Of a DNA stretch of 64,000 nucleotides, positions 12,735 through 27,700 are shown piece by piece. The DNA is from Mobula hypostoma. Taxonomy: Eukaryota. The stretch lies in assembly GCF_963921235.1 (NCBI RefSeq), contig NC_086107.1, forward strand, positions 92,568,001 to 92,632,000. The letters run 5' to 3'. Position 1 is the stretch's first letter; each line of letters begins with the position of its first letter. The translations under genes and the position numbers were made by a program. Under the pieces are notes generated by a model. It was not told where the DNA came from and searched no databases. It saw only the letters and a list, made by a program, of their open reading frames with translations.

Positions 12735-13228
12735 TATAAAGTTCTAATTCAACGTGAATGTTATTATCAGAGTACATATATGACACCGCGTACAACACTG
12801 AGATTGTTTTTTATGGCATACTCAGCAAATCTATGGAATAGTAACTAAAACAGGATCAATGAAAAAGCAAGAGCATAGAAGACAACAAACTGCAAGTACA
12901 AGTATAAATAAATAGCAATAAATAATGAATATGAAATAACAAGATAAAGAGTCCTTAAAGTGAGATCATTGGCGTGGGAACATCTCAATAGATTAGTGTA
13001 GTTACCCTCCTTTCTTCAAGAGCCTGATGGTAGAGGTGTAGCAACTGTTCTTGAACCTGGTGATGCGAGATTTGGGGCTCTTATATCTTCTACCTGATGG
13101 CAACAGCGAGAAAAGAGCACGGCTTGGGGCAATAGCTTTGCTGATGGTGGAAGCTGCTTCCCTCTGACAGTGCTTCAAGTAGATGTGCTGAATGGTTGGG
13201 AGGGCTTAACCCATAATGAACTGGATGT
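12735..13228 (-). mobile_element. LINE 3' fragment (Rex1-type) separating two satellite blocks
   Basis: caagagcctgatgg...ctgttcttgaacctgg...ctacctgatggca matches the reversed 3' ends of the other Rex1-type copies in this window. Confidence 0.65.
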
Positions 13229-13229
13229 T

Positions 13230-16200
13230 AACTCTCTCCTTGAGTGAACGCACTCTGCTCTCCCCTTGAGTCTACACACTCCCCTCTCTCATTTAGTGTA
13301 CACACTACCCTCTCTCCTTCAGTGTACACACTCCCCTCTCTCATTTAGTGTACACACTCCCCTCTCCCCTTGAGTCTGCACACTCCCCTCTCTCATTTAG
13401 TGTACACACTCCCCTCTCCCCTTGAGTCTGCACACTCCCCTCTCTCATTTAGTGTACACACTACCCTTTCCCCTTCAGTGTACACACTCCCCTCTCTCAT
13501 TTAGTGTACACACTCCCCTCTCCCCTTGAGTCTGCACACTCCCCTCTCTCATTTAGTGTACACACTACCCTCTCCCCTTCAGTGTACACACTCCCCTCTC
13601 TCATTTAGTGTACACACTCCCCTCTCCCCTTGAGTCTGCACACTCCCCTCTCTCATTTAGTGTACACACTACCCTCTCCCCTTCAGTGTACACACTCGCC
13701 TCTCCCCTTGAGTATACACAGTCCCCTATCCCCTTGAGTGTACACACTCCCCACTCCCCTTCAGTGTACACAGTACCCTCTCCCTTGTATGTACACAGAC
13801 CCCACGCCCCTTGAGTGTTCATACTCCCCACTTCCCTTAAGTGTACACACTCCCCTCTACCCTTGAGTGTACACATTACCCTCTCCACTTTAGTGTACGC
13901 ACTCCCCCCGCCGTTAAGTGTACACACTCCCCTCTCCCCTTGAGTGTACACACTCCCCCTCCCTTTGAGTGTACACACACCCCTCTCCCCTTGAGTTTAC
14001 ACACTTCCCTCTTCGCATGAGTGTACACAGTCCCCTTTCCCCTTGAGTGTACACATTTCCCACTCCCCTTGAGTGTACACACACACCCATCCCTTTGAGT
14101 GTTCACACTCTCCTCTCCCCTTGCGTGTACACGCTCCCCTCTCGCCTTGAGTGTACACACTTCCCTCTCCCCATGAGTGTACACAGCCCCCTCTGACCTT
14201 GAGTGTAGACATTCCCCACTCTCCTTGAGTGTACACCATACCCTCTCCCTTGAGTGTACACACTCCCCCCTCCCCATGAGTGTACACATTCCCCACTCCC
14301 CTTCAGTGTACACAGTACCTTCTCCCTTGAGTGTTCATAGTCCCCTCTCTCCTTGAGTGTACACTCGCCTCTCCACTTGAGGATTCACAGTCCTCTCTCC
14401 CCTTGAGTGTGCACAATCCCCTCTTCCCTTTAGTGTACACACTCCCCCCTCAGTTTGAATGTACACACTCACCCTCCCCTTGAGTGTACACACTCCCCAC
14501 TCTCCTTGTGTACACACTCCTCTCTCTCCCTGAGGGTACACAGTCCCCTCTTCCCTTGACTGTACACACTCCCCTCTCTCCTTGAGTGTACAAACTCCCC
14601 CCTGCCTTTGAGTGTACACACTCCCCTCTCTCCTTGAGTGTACACACTCCCCCCTCCGTTTGAATGTACACACTCACCCTCCCCTTGAGTGCACACACTC
14701 CCCACTCTCCTTGTGTACACACTCCTCTCTCTCCCTGAGGGTACACAGTCCCCTCTTCCCTTGACTGTACACACTCCCCTCTCTCCTTGAGTGTACAAAC
14801 TCCCCCCTGCCTTTGAGTGTACACACTCCCCTCTCTCCTTGAGTGAACACACTCCCATCCCTTTGAGTGTACACAGCCCCTCTCCCCTTGAGTGTACACA
14901 CTCCCCCTCCCCTTGAGTGTACACACTTCCCCCTCCACATGAGTGTAGACAGCACTTCTCCCCTTGAGTACGCAGTCCCCTCTTCCCTTGACTCTACTCA
15001 GTCCCCTCAGCCTTTGAGTGTACGCAGACCCCTCCAATTGAGTTTACACACTCACCTCTATCCTTGAGTGTACACAATCCCCTCCAGTTGAGTGTACAAA
15101 CTCCCCTCTCCCCTTTAGTGTACGCACTCCCCTCTCCCCTTGAGTGTACACACACCCATCTCCCCTTTAGTGTACACACTCCCCTCTCTCCGACTGTACA
15201 CAGTCCCCTCCAATTGAGTATACACACTCCCCTTTCTCCCTGAGTGTACACAGTACCCTCTCTCCTTGAGTGTAAACATTCCTCACTCCCCTTGAGTGTA
15301 CACTGTACCCTGTCCCTTGAGTGTACACACTCCCCTCTCCTTCAGTGTACACACTCCCCTCTCCCCTTGAGTGTACACACTCCCCTCTGCCCTCGAGTGT
15401 ACAGACTCTCCCTCCCTTTGAGTGTACACATTCCGCACTCCCTTTGAGTGTACACACTCCCCCCTCCCCTTGAGTGTACACACTCCCCTCTCTCCTTGAG
15501 TGTACATGTCCCCCTCTTCCCTTGACTGTACACACTCCCCTCTCCCCTTGAGTGTACACACTCCCTTCTCATTGAGTGTACACACTCCCCTCTCCCCTTG
15601 TGTACACAGTCCCCTCACTGTATGAGTGTACACACTCCTCTCTCCCATTGAGTGTATACACTCCCCTCTCCCCTTGAGTGTATACACTCCCCCTCACCTT
15701 GAGTGTACACACTCACCTCTCCCCTTGAGTGTACACAGTGTCCGCTCACCTTGAGTGTACACAGTGCCCTCTCACCTTGAGTGTACACACTCCCCTCTCC
15801 CCTTGAGTGTACATATCCCCCTCTTCCCTTGACTGTACACACTCCCCTCTCCCCTTGAGTGTACACACTCCCCTCTCCCCTTGAGTGTACTCACAACCCT
15901 GTCGCCTTGAGTGTACACACTCTCCCGTTCACTTGAGTGTTGACAGTCCCCTCCTCCCTTGAAAATACACACACCCCTCTCCCCTTTAGTGTACACACTC
16001 CCCTCTCTCCCTGATTGTACACAGTCCCCTCCACTTGACTATACACACTCCCCTATCTCCCTGAGTGTACACAGTACCCTCTCTCCTTGAGTGTACAAAC
16101 TCACCTCTCCCCTTAACTGTACACATTCCCCTCTCGCCTTGAGTGTACAAACTCCCCCCTCCCCTTGAGTGTACACACACCCCTCTCCCCTTGAGTGTAC

Positions 16201-18745
16201 ACACTCCCCTCTCTCCCTGACTGTACACAGTCCCCTCCACTTGACTATACACACTCCCCTTTCTCCCTGAGTGTACACAGTACCCTCTCTCCTTGAGTGT
16301 ACAAACTCACCTCTCCCCTTAACTGTACACATTCCCCTCTCGCCTTGAGTGTACAAAATCCCCCCTCCCCTTGAGTGTACACACACCCCTCTCCCCTTGA
16401 GTGTACACACTCCCCTCTCTCCCTGACTGTACACAGTCCCCTCCACTTGACTATACACACTCCTTTTTCTCCCTGAATGTACACAGTACCCTCTCTCCTT
16501 GAGTGTACACACTCCCCTCTCCTCTTGAGTGTACACACTCCCCTCTCTGCATGAGTGTACACACTCCCTTCTCATTGAGCATACACACTCACCCCTCCCC
16601 TTAACTGTACACACTCCTCTCTCGCCTTGAGTGTACACACTCCCCCCTCCCCTTGAGTGTACACACACCCCTCTCCCCTTGAGTGTACACACTCCCCTCT
16701 CTCCCTGACTGTACACAGTCCCCTCTCCCTTTGAGTGTGCACATTCCCCACTCCCCTTCGTTGTACACAGTACCTTCTCCCTTGAGTGTACACAGTCCCT
16801 CTCTCCTTGAGTGTTCACATTTCCCTCTTCCCTTGACTGTACACACCCATTCTGTCCTTGAGTGTACACAGTCGCCCCTCCCCTTCAGTGTACACACTCC
16901 CCCTCCCCTTGAGGGTACACACTCTCCTCTCCCTTTGAGTGTACACACTCCCCTCTCCCATTGAGTGTACACACTCCCGTCTCCCTTGAATGTACACAGT
17001 CCCCCCTCCCTTTGATTGGTCACACTCCTCCCTCCCCTTGAGTGTACATACTCCCCTCTCTCCATGAGTGTTCACTGTCCCCTCAACCCCTTGACTGTAC
17101 ACACTCCCCTCTCCCTTTGAGTGTACACACTCCCCTCTCCCTTTGAGTGTACACACTCCACTCTCCCCTTGAGTGTACACACTCCCTGTACCCTTGAGTG
17201 TACACATTCCCCTCTCCCCTTGAGTGTACACACCCCCCCTTGAGTGTATATAGTCCCCTCGCCCCTTGATTGTTCACACTCCCTTCTCTCCTTGAGTGTA
17301 CACACTCCCCTCTCTCCTTGAGTGTGCACACTCCCCTTTCCCTTTGAGTGTACACACACCCCCCTCCCCTTGAGTGTACACAGTCCCATCTCTCCCTTGA
17401 GTGTACACACACCCCTCTCCCCTTGAGTGTACACGGTCCCCTCTCCCCCTGAGTGAACACACTCCTCTCTTCCCTTGAGTGTATATAGTCCCTTCGCCCC
17501 TTGATTGTTCACACTCCCTTCTCTCCTTGAGTGTACACACTCCCCTCTTCCCTTGACTGTACACACTTCCCTCTCTCCTTGAGTGTACACACTCCCCTCT
17601 CCCTTTGAGTGTACACTCGCCTCTCCCATTGAGTTTACACACTCCCCTCTCCCCATGAGTGTACACACTCCCCGCTCCTGTTGAGTGCACACAGTCCCCT
17701 CTCCCCTTGAGTATATACACTCCCCTTTCTCCTTGAGCATACACACTCCCCTCTCCCATTCAGTGTTCGCACTCGCCTCCCCCCTTGAATGCACACACTC
17801 CCTTGTCCCCTTGAGTGTACACACTACACCCTCCCATTTAGTGTAAACACTCAGCTCTCTCCTTGAGTGTTCACATTCCCCTCTTCCCTTGAGTGAACAC
17901 ACACGCCTCTCCCTTGAATGTACACAGTCCCTCCTCCCTTTGATTGTACACAGTCCTCTCTCCCCTTGAGTGTACACACTCCCCTCTCCTTGAGTGTACA
18001 CACTCCCCTCTCCCCTTGATAGGTCACACTGCCCCCTCTTCTTGAGTGTACATACTCCCCTCTCCCCATGAATGTACACGCTCCCCTTTCCCCTTGAGTG
18101 TACACATTACCCACTCCCCTTCAGTGTACACAGTACCCTCTCCCTTGTCTGTACACAGACCCCTTGCCCCTTGAATGTTCACACTCCCCACTTCCCTTGA
18201 CTGTACACAATCTGCTCTCCCTTTGAGTGTACATACTCCCCCTGCCTTTGAGTGTACACACTCCACTCTCCGCATGAATGTACACGGTCCCCTCTTCCAT
18301 TGACTGTACACAGTTCTCTCTCTCCTTGAGTGTACTCACACCCCTCTCCCCTTGAATGAACACATGTCCAACCCACTTGAGAGTGCACTGTCCACTTTCC
18401 CCTTGAGTGTAAACACTCCCCAACCCGTTGAGAGTACACACTCCACTCTCCCCTTGAGTGAACAGTCCTCCCTCTCTCTGTGAGTGTACTCACACACCTC
18501 TCCCCTTGAGTAAACACACACACAACCTGCTTGAGTGTACATACTCCCCTCTACCCTTGAGTGTACACACTTCCCCCTCCATTTAAGTGTACACACTCTC
18601 CTCTCCCTTGAGTGTACACTTCCCTCTCCATTTGAGTTTACACACTCCCCTCTCTCTTGAGTGTTCAGACTCCCCTCCCCAGAGTATACGCACTCCCCTC
18701 TCCCCTTCAGTGTATTCTTGCCTTGCTTGTACACTCTTCCCACTC
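13230..18745. repeat. ~27-bp satellite (CCCCTTGAGTGTACACACTCCCCTCTC), diverged units
   Basis: Continuous tandem array with core GAGTGTACACACTC. Confidence 0.95.
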
Positions 18746-21700
18746 ACCGTATGTGTACGCTCCCTCCTCTCTCTCCGTGTGTGTACACTCCCTCCTCTCT
18801 CTCCGTGTGCATACAATCCCTCCTCTCTCTCCGTGCGTGTACACTCCCTCAACTCTCTCCGTGTGTGTACACTCCCTCCTCTCCCTCCGTGTGTGTACAC
18901 TCCCCCCTCTCTCTCCGTGTGTGTACACTCCCTCCTCTCTCTCCGTGCGTGTACACTCCCTCCTCTCTCTCCGTGAGTGTACACTCCCTCCTCTCTCTCC
19001 ATGCGTGTACACACTCTCCTCTCTCTCCGTGTGTGTAAACTCCCTCCTCTCTCTCCGTGTGCATACACTCCCTCCTCTCTCTCCGTGCGTGCACACTCCC
19101 TCCACTCTCTCAGTGCGTGTACACACCCTCCTCCCTCTCCATGTGTGTACACTCCCTCCTCTCTCTCCGTGTGTGTACACTCCCTCCTCTCTCTCCGTGT
19201 GTGAACACACCCTCCTCTCTCTCCGTGTATGTACACTCTGTCCTCTCTCTCCGTGTGTATACACTGCCTCCTCTCTGTCCGTGTGTGTACACTACCTCCT
19301 CTCTCTCCATGTGTGTACACTCCGTCCTCTCTCTCCGTGTGTGAGTACACTCTCTCCTCTCTCTCCGTGTTTGTACACATCCTCCGCTCCCTCCATGTGT
19401 GTACACTCCCTCCTCTCTCTCCATGTGTGTACACTCCCTCCTCTCTCTCCATGTGTGTACACACCCTCCTCTTCCTCCGTGTGTGTACACACCCTCCTCT
19501 CGCTCCGTGTGTGTACACTCCCTCCTCTCTCTTCGTGTGTGTACCCTCCCTCCTCTCTCTCCGTGTGTGTACTCTCCCTCCTCTCTCTCCGTGTGTGTAC
19601 ACACCCTCCTCTTCCTCCGTGCGTGTACACTCCCTCCTCTCTCTCCGTGTGTGTACACACTCTCCTCTCTCTCCGTGTGTGTACACTCCCTCCTCTCTCT
19701 CCGTGCGTGCACACTCCCTCCACTCTCTCAGTGCGTGTACACAACCTCCTCCCTCTCCGTGTGTGTACACTCCCTCCTCTCTCCACGTACGTATGCTCCC
19801 TCCTCTTCCTCCGTGCGTGTACACTCCCTCCTCTCTCTCCGTGTGTGTACACTCCCTCCTCTCTCCCCGTGTGTGAACACACCCTCCTCTCTCTCCGTGT
19901 GTGAACACTCCCTCCTCTCTCTCCGTGTGTATACACTGCCTCCTCTCTGTCCGTGTGTGTACACTCCCTCCTCTCTCTCCATGCGTGTACACTCCCTCCT
20001 CTCTCTCCGTGTGTGTACACTCCTTCCTCTCTCTCCGTGTGTGTACACTCCGTCCTCTCTCTCCGTGTGTACACTCCCTCCTCTCTCTCCGTGCGTGTAC
20101 ACTGCCTCCTCTCTCTCCGTGTGTGTACACACCCTCCTCTCCCTCCATGTGTGTACACTCCCTCCTCTCTCTCCATGTGTGTACACTCCCTCCTCTCTCC
20201 ACGTACGTATGCTCCCTCCTCTTCCTCCGTGCGTGTACACTCCCTCCTCTCTCTCCGTGTGTGTACACTCCCTCCTCTCTCCCCGTGTGTGAACACTCCC
20301 TCCTCTCTCTCCGTGTGTGAACACTCCCTCCTCTCTCTCCGTGTGTATACACTGCCTCCTCTCTGTCCGTGTGTGTACACTCCCTCCTCTCTCTCCATGC
20401 GTGTACACTCCCTCCTCTCTCTCCGTGTGTGTACACTCCTTCCTCTCTCTCCGTGTGTTTACACTCCCTCCTCTCTCTCCGTGTGTGTACACTCCCTCCT
20501 CTCTCTCCGTGTGTGTACACCCCCTCCTCTCTCTCCGTGTGTGAACACTCCCTCCTCTCCCTCCGTGTGTGTACACTCCCTCCGCTCTCCCCATGTGTGT
20601 ACTCTCCCTCCGCTCCCTCCGTGCGTGTACACTCCCTCCTCTCTCTCCGTGTGTGTACACTCCCTCCTCTCTCTCCGTGTGTGTACACCCCCTCCTCTCT
20701 CTCCGTGTGTGAACACTCCCTCCTCTCCCTCCGTGTGTGTACACTCCCTCCGCTCTCCCCATGTGTGTACTCTCCCTCCGCTCCCTCCGTGCGTGTACAC
20801 TCCCTCCTCTCTCTCCGTGTGTGTACGCTCCCTCCTCTCCCTCCGTGTGTGTACACTCCCTCCTCTCTCTCTCTGTGTGTACGCTCCCTCTTCTCCCTCC
20901 GTGTGTGTACACTCCCTCCGCTCTCTCCGTGTGTGTACACTTCCTCCTCTCTCTCCGTGTGTGTACACTCCCTCCTCTCCCTCCATGTGTGTACATGCCC
21001 TCCACTCTCTCCGTGTGTTTACACACCCTCCTCTCCCTCCGTGTGTGTACACTCCCTCCTCTCTCTCCGTGTGTGTACTCTCCCTCCTCTCTCTCCGTGT
21101 GTGTACACACCCTCCTCTTCCTCCGTGTGTGTACACACCATCCTCTCTCTCCGTGTGTGTGTACACTCCCTCCTCTCCCTCCATGTGTGTACGCTCCGTC
21201 CACTCCCTCCGTGTGTGTACGCTCCCTCCTCTCTCTCCGTGTGTGTGTACACTCCCTCCTCTCTCTCCGTGCGTGTACACTCCCTCCTCTCTCTCCATGT
21301 GTGTACACGCCCTCCTCTCCCTCCTTGTGTGTACACTCCCTCCTCTCTCTCCGTGTGTGTACGCTCCCTCCACTCCCTCCGTGTGTGTACGCTCCCTCCA
21401 CTCCCTCCGTGCGTGTACACTCCGTCCCCTCTCTCCGTGCGTGTACACTCCCTCCTCTCACTCCATGTATGTACACTCCCTCCTCTGTGTGTGTGCGTAC
21501 ACTCCCTCCTCTCTCTCCGTGTTTGTACACACCCTCCGCTCCCTCCGTGTGTGTACACTCCCTCCTCTCTCTCCGTGTGTGTACTCTCCCTCCTCTCTCT
21601 CCGTGTGTGTACACTCCCTCCTCTCCCTCCGTGTGTGTACACTCCCTCCGCTCTCTCCGTGTGTGTACGCTCCCTCCTCTCCCTCCGTGTGTGTACACTC

Positions 21701-24700
21701 CCTCCGCTCTCTCCGTGTGTGTACGCTCCCTCCGCTCCCTCCGTGCGTGTACACTCCGTCCTCTCTCTCCGTGTGTGTACACTCCCTCCTCTCTCTCTCT
21801 GTGTACGCTCCCTCCTCTCCCTCCGTGTGTGTACGCTCCCTCCTCTCTCTCCGTGTGTGTACGCTCCCTCCTCTCTCTCCGTGTGTGTACACTCCCTCCT
21901 CTCTCTCCGTGTGTGTACGCTCCCTCCTCTCCCTCCGAGTGTGTACACTCCCTCCGCTCTCTCCATGTGTGTACTCTCCCTCCGCTCCCTCCGTGTGTGT
22001 ACACTCCCTCCGCTCTCTCCGCGTGTGTACACTCCCTCTTCTCCCTCCGTGTGTGTACACTCCCTCCTCTCCCTCCGTGTGTGTACACTCCCTCCGCTTT
22101 CTCCGTGTGTGTACGCTCCCTCCTCTCCCTCCGTGTGTGTACTCTCCCTCCTCTCTCTCCGTGTGTGTACACTCCCTCCTCTCCTTCCGTGTGTGTACAC
22201 TCCCTCCGCTCTCTCCGTGTGTGTACACTCCCTCCTCTCTGTGTGTGTACACTCCCTCCTCTCTCTCCGTGTGTGTACACTCCCTCCTCTCTCTCCGTGT
22301 GTGTACGCTCCCTCCTCTCTCTCTCTGTGTACGCTCCCACCTCTCTCTCCGTGTGTGTACGCTCCCTCCTCTCTCTCCGTGTGTGTACGCTCCCTCCTCT
22401 CTCTCCGTGTGTGTACACTCCCTCCTCTCTCTCTCTCTGTGTACGCTCCCTCCTCTCCCTCCGTGTGTGTACACTCCATCCGCTCTCTCCGTGTGTGTAC
22501 TCTCCCTCCGCTCCCTCCGTGTGTGTACACTCCCTCCGCTCTCTCCGTGTGTGTACACTGCCTCCTCTCCCTCCGTGTGTGTACACTCCCTCCGCTCTCT
22601 CCGTGTGTGTACACTCCCTCCTCTCCCTCCGTGTGTGTACACTCCCTCCGCTCTCTCCGTGTGTGTACGCTCCCTCCTCTCCCTCCGTGTGTGTACTCTC
22701 CTTCCTCTCTCTCCGTGTGTGTACACTCCCTCCGCTCTCTCCATGTGTGTACACTCCCTCCTCTCAGTGTGTGTACACTCCCTCCTCTCTCTCCGTGTGT
22801 GTAGGCTCCCTGCTCTCTCTCTCTCTGTACGCTCCCTCCTCTCTCTCCGTGTGTGTACGCTCCCTCCTCTCTCTCCGTGTGTGTACACTCCCTCCTCTCT
22901 CTCCGTGTGTGTACGCTCCCTCCTCTCCCTCCGTGTGTGTACACTCCCTCCGCTCTCTCCGTGTGTGTACTCTCCCTCCGCTCCCTCCGTGTGTGTACAC
23001 ACCCTCCTCTTCCTCCGTGTGTGTACACACCATCCTCTCTCTCCGTGTGTGTGTACACTCCCTCCTCTCCCTCCATGTGTGTACGCTCCGTCCACTCCCT
23101 CCGTGTGTGTACGCTCCCTCCTCTCTCTCCGTGTGTGTGTACACTCCCTCCTCTCTCTCCATGCGTGTACACTCCCTCCTCTCTCTCCATGTGTGTACAT
23201 GCCCTCCTCTCCCTCCTTGTGTGTACACTCCCTCCTCTCTCTCCGTGTGTGTACGCTCCCTCCACTCCCTCCGTGTGTGTACGCTCCCTCCACTCCCTCC
23301 GTGCGTGTACACTCCGTCCTCTCTCTCTGTGCGTGTACACTCCCTCCTCTCACTCCATGTATGTACACTCCCTCCTCTGTGTGTGTGCGTACACTCCCTC
23401 CTCTCTCTCCGTGTTTGTACACACCCTCCGCTCCCTCCGTGTGTGTACACTCCCTCCTCTCTCTCCGTGTGTGTACTCTCCCTCCTCTCTCTCCGTGTGT
23501 GTACACTCCCTCCTCTCCCTCCGTGTGTGTACACTCCCTCCGCTCTCTCCGTGTGTGTACGCTCCCTCCTCTCCCTCCGTGTGTGTACACTCCCTCCGCT
23601 CTCTCCGTGTGTGTACGCTCCCTCCGCTCCCTCCGTGCATGTACACTCCGTCCTCTCTCTCCGTGTGTGTACACTCCCTCCTCTCTCTCTCTGTGTACGC
23701 TCCCTCCTCTCCCTCCGTGTGTGTACGCTCCCTCCTCTCTCTCCGTGTGTGTACGCTCCCTCCTCTCTCTCCGTGTGTGTACACTCCCTCCTCTCTCTCC
23801 GTGTGTGTACGCTCCCTCCTCTCTCTCCGTGTGTGTACACTCCCTCCGCTCTCTCCGCGTGTGTACACTCCCTCTTCTCCCTCCGTGTGTGTACACTCCC
23901 TCCTCTGCCTCCGTGTGTGTACACTCCCTCCGCTTTCTCCGTGTGTGTACGCTCCCTCCTCTCCCTCCGTGTGTGTACTCTCCCTCCTCTCTCTCCGTGT
24001 GTGTACACTCCCTCCTCTCCTTCCGTGTGTGTACACTCCCTCCGCTCTCTCCGTGTGTGTACACTCCCTCCTCTCTGTGTGTGTACACTCCCTCCTCTCT
24101 CTCCGTGTGTGTACACTCCCTCCTCTCTCTCCGTGTGTGTACGCTCCCTCCTCTCTCTCTCTGTGTACGCTCCCACCTCTCTCTCCGTGTGTGTACGCTC
24201 CCTCCTCTCTCTCCGTGTGTGTACGCTCCCTCCTCTCTCTCCGTGTGTGTACACACCCTCCTCTCTCTCTCTCTGTGTACGCTCCCTCCTCTCCCTCCGT
24301 GTGTGTACACTCCCTCCGCTCTCTCCGTGTGTGTACTCTCCCTCCGCTCCCTCCGTGTGTGTACACTCCCTCCGCTCTCTCCGTGTGTGTACACTCCCTC
24401 CTCTCCCTCCGTGTGTGTACACTCCCTCCGCTCTCTCCGTGTGTGTACACTCCCTCCTCTCCCTCCGTGTGTGTACACTCCCTCCGCTCTCTCCGTGTGT
24501 GTACGCTCCCTCCTCTCCCTCCGTGTGTGTACTCTCCTTCCTCTCTCTCCGTGTGTGTACACTCCCTCCTCTCCTTCCGTGTGTGTACACTCCCTCCGCT
24601 CTCTCCATGTGTGTACACTCCCTCCTCTCTGTGTGTGTACACTCCCTCCTCTCTCTCCGTGTGTGTACGCTCCCTGCTCTCTCTCTCTCTGTACGCTCCC

Positions 24701-27700
24701 TCCTCTCTCTCCGTGTGTGCACGCTCCCTCCTCTCTCTCCGTGTGTGTACACTCCCTCCTCTCTCTCCGTGTGTGTACGCTCCCTCCTCTCCCTCCGTGT
24801 GTGTACACTCCCTCCGCTCTCTCCGTGTGTGTACTCTCCCTCCGCTCCCTCCGTGTGTGTACACTCCCTCCGCTCTCTCCGTGTGTGTGCACTCCCTCCT
24901 CTCCTTCTGTGTGTGTACACTCCCTCCGCTCTCTCCGTGTGTGTACACTCCCTCCTCTCTGTGTGTGTACACTCCCTCCTCTCTCTCCGTGTGTGTACGC
25001 TCCCTCCTCTCTCTCTCTGTGTACGCTCCCTCCTCTCTCTCCGTGCGTGTACGCTCCCTCCTCTCCCTCCGTGTGTGTACGCTCCCTCCTCTCTCTCCGT
25101 GTGTGTACGCTCCCTCCTCTCTCTCCGTGTGTGTACGCTCCCTCCTCTCCCTCCGTGTGTGTACACTCCCTCCGCTCTCTCCGTGTGTGTACTCTCCCTC
25201 CGCTCCCTCCGTGTGTGTACACTCCCTCCGCTCTCTCCGTGTGTGTACACTCCCTCCTCTCCCTCCGTGTGTGTACACTCCCTCCGCTCTCTCCGTGTGT
25301 GTACACTCCCTCCTCTCCCTCCGTGTGTGTACACTCCCTCCGCTCTCTCCGTGTGTGTACGCTCCCTCCTTTCCCTCCATGTGTGTACTCTCCCTCCTCT
25401 CTCTCCGTGTGTGTACACTCCCTCCTCTCCTTCCGTGTGTTTACACTCCCTCCGCTCTCTCCGTGTGTGTACACTCCCTCCTCTCTGTGTGTGTACACTC
25501 CCTCCTCTCTCTCCGTGTGTGTACGCTCCCTCCCCTCTCTCTCTGTGTACGCTCCCTCCTCTCTCTCCGTGTGTGTATGCTCCCTCCTCTCTCTCCGTGT
25601 GTGTACGCTCCCTCCTCTCTCTCCGTGTGTGTACACTCCCTCCTCTCTCTCCGTGTGTGTACGCTCCCTCCTCTCCCTCCGTGTGTGTACACTCCCTCCG
25701 CTCTCTCTGTGTGTGTACTCTCCCTCCGCTCCCTCCGTGTGTGTACACTCCCTCCGCTCTCTCCGTGTGTGTACGCTCCCTCCTCTCCCTCCGTGTGTGT
25801 ACTCTCCCTCCTCTCTCTCCGTGTGTGTAAACTCCCTCCTCTCCTTCCGTGTGTGTACACTCCCTCCGCTCTCTCCGTGTGTGTACACTCCCTCCTCTCT
25901 GTGTGTGTACACTCCCTCCTCTCTCTCCGTGTGTGTACGCTCCCTCCTCTCTCTCTCTGTGTACGCTCCCTCCTCTCTCTCCGTGTGTGTACGCTCCCTC
26001 CTCTCTCTCCGTGTGTGTACGCTCCCTCCTCTCTCTCCGTGTGTGTACACTCCCTCCTCTCTCTCCGTGTGTGTACGCTCCCTCCTCTCCCTCCGTGTGT
26101 GTACACTCCCTCCGCTCTCTCCGTGTTTGTACTCTCCCTCTGCTCTCTCCGTGTGTGTACACTCCCTCCTCTCCCTCCGTGTGTGTACACTCCCTCCGCT
26201 CTCTCCGTGTGTGTACGCTCCCTCCTCTCCCTCCGTGTGTGTACACTCCCTCCGCTCTCTCCGTGTGTGTACGCTCCCTCCTCTCCCTCCGTGTGTGTAC
26301 TCTCCCTCCGCTCCCTCCGTGTGTGTACACTCCCTCCGCTCTCTCCGTGTGTGTACGCTCCCTCCTCTCCCTCCGTGTGTGTACACTCCCTCCGCTCTCT
26401 CCGTGTGTGTACGCTCCCTCCTCTCCCTCCGTGTGTGTACACTCCCTCCGCTCTCTCCGTGTGTGTACGCTCCCTCCTCTCCCTCCGTGTGTGTACTCTC
26501 CCTCCTCTCTCTCCGTGTGTGTACACTCCCTCCTCTCCTTCCGTGTGTGTACACTCCCTCCGCTCTCTCCGTGTGTGTACACTCCCTCCTCTCTGTGTGT
26601 GTACACTCCCTCCCCTCTCTCCGTGTGTGTACGCTCCCTCCTCTCTCTCTCTGTGTACGCTCCCTCCTCTCTCTCCGTGCGTGTACGCTCCCTCCTCTCC
26701 CTCCGTGTGCGTACGCTCCCTCCTCTCTCTCCGTGTGTGTACGCTCCCTCCTCTCTCTCCGTGTGTGTACGCTCCCTCCTCTCCCTCCGTGTGTGTACAT
26801 CCCTCCGCTCTCTCCGTGTGTGTACTCTCCCTCCGCTCCCTCCGTGTGTGTACACTCCCTCCGCTCTCTCCGTGTGTGTACACTCCCTCCTCTCCCTCCG
26901 TGTGTGTACACTCCCTCCGCTCTCTCCGTGTGTGTACGCTCCCTCCTCTCCCTCCGTGTGTGTACACTCCCTCCGCTCTCTCCGTGTGTGTACGCTCCCT
27001 CCTCTCCCTCCGTGTGTGTACTCTCCCTCCTCTCTCTCCGTGTGTGTACACTCCCTCCTCTCCTTCCGTGTGTGTACACTCCCTCCGCTCTCTCCGTGTG
27101 TGTACACTCCCTCCTCTCTGTGTGTGTACACTCCCTCCTCTCTCTCTCTCTGTGTACGCTCCCTCCTCTCTCTCTCTGTGTACGCTCCCTCCTCTCTCTC
27201 CGTGTGTGTACGCTCCCTCCTCTCTCTCCGTGTGTGTACGCTCCCTCCTCTATCTCCGTGTGTGTACACTCCCTCCTCTCTCTCCGTGTGTGTACGCTCC
27301 CTCCTCTCCCTCCGTGTGTGTACACTCCCTCCGCTCTCTCCGTGTGTGTACTCTCCCTCCGCTCCCTCCGTGTGTGTACACTCCCTCCGCTCTCTCCGTG
27401 TGTGTACGCTCCCTCCTCTCCCTCCGTGTGTGTACGCTCCCTCCTCTCTCTCCGTGTGTGTACGCTCCCTCCTCTCCCTCCGTGTGTGTACGCTCCCTCC
27501 GCTCTCTCCGTGTGTGTACGCTCCCTCCTCTCTCTCCGTGTGTGTACGCTCCCTCCTCTCCCTCCGTGTGTGTACACTCCCTCCGCTCTCTCCGTGTGTG
27601 TACGCTCCCTCCGCTCCCTCCGTGTGTGTACACTGCCTCCGCTCTCTCCGTGTGTGTACACTCCCTCCTCTCCCTCCGTGTGTGTACACTGCCTCCGCTC

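Noticed and set aside
11720..18743. Many 60-335-aa ORFs (VCTLKGRGECVHSR...)
   Set aside because: Translations of minisatellite or low-complexity DNA.
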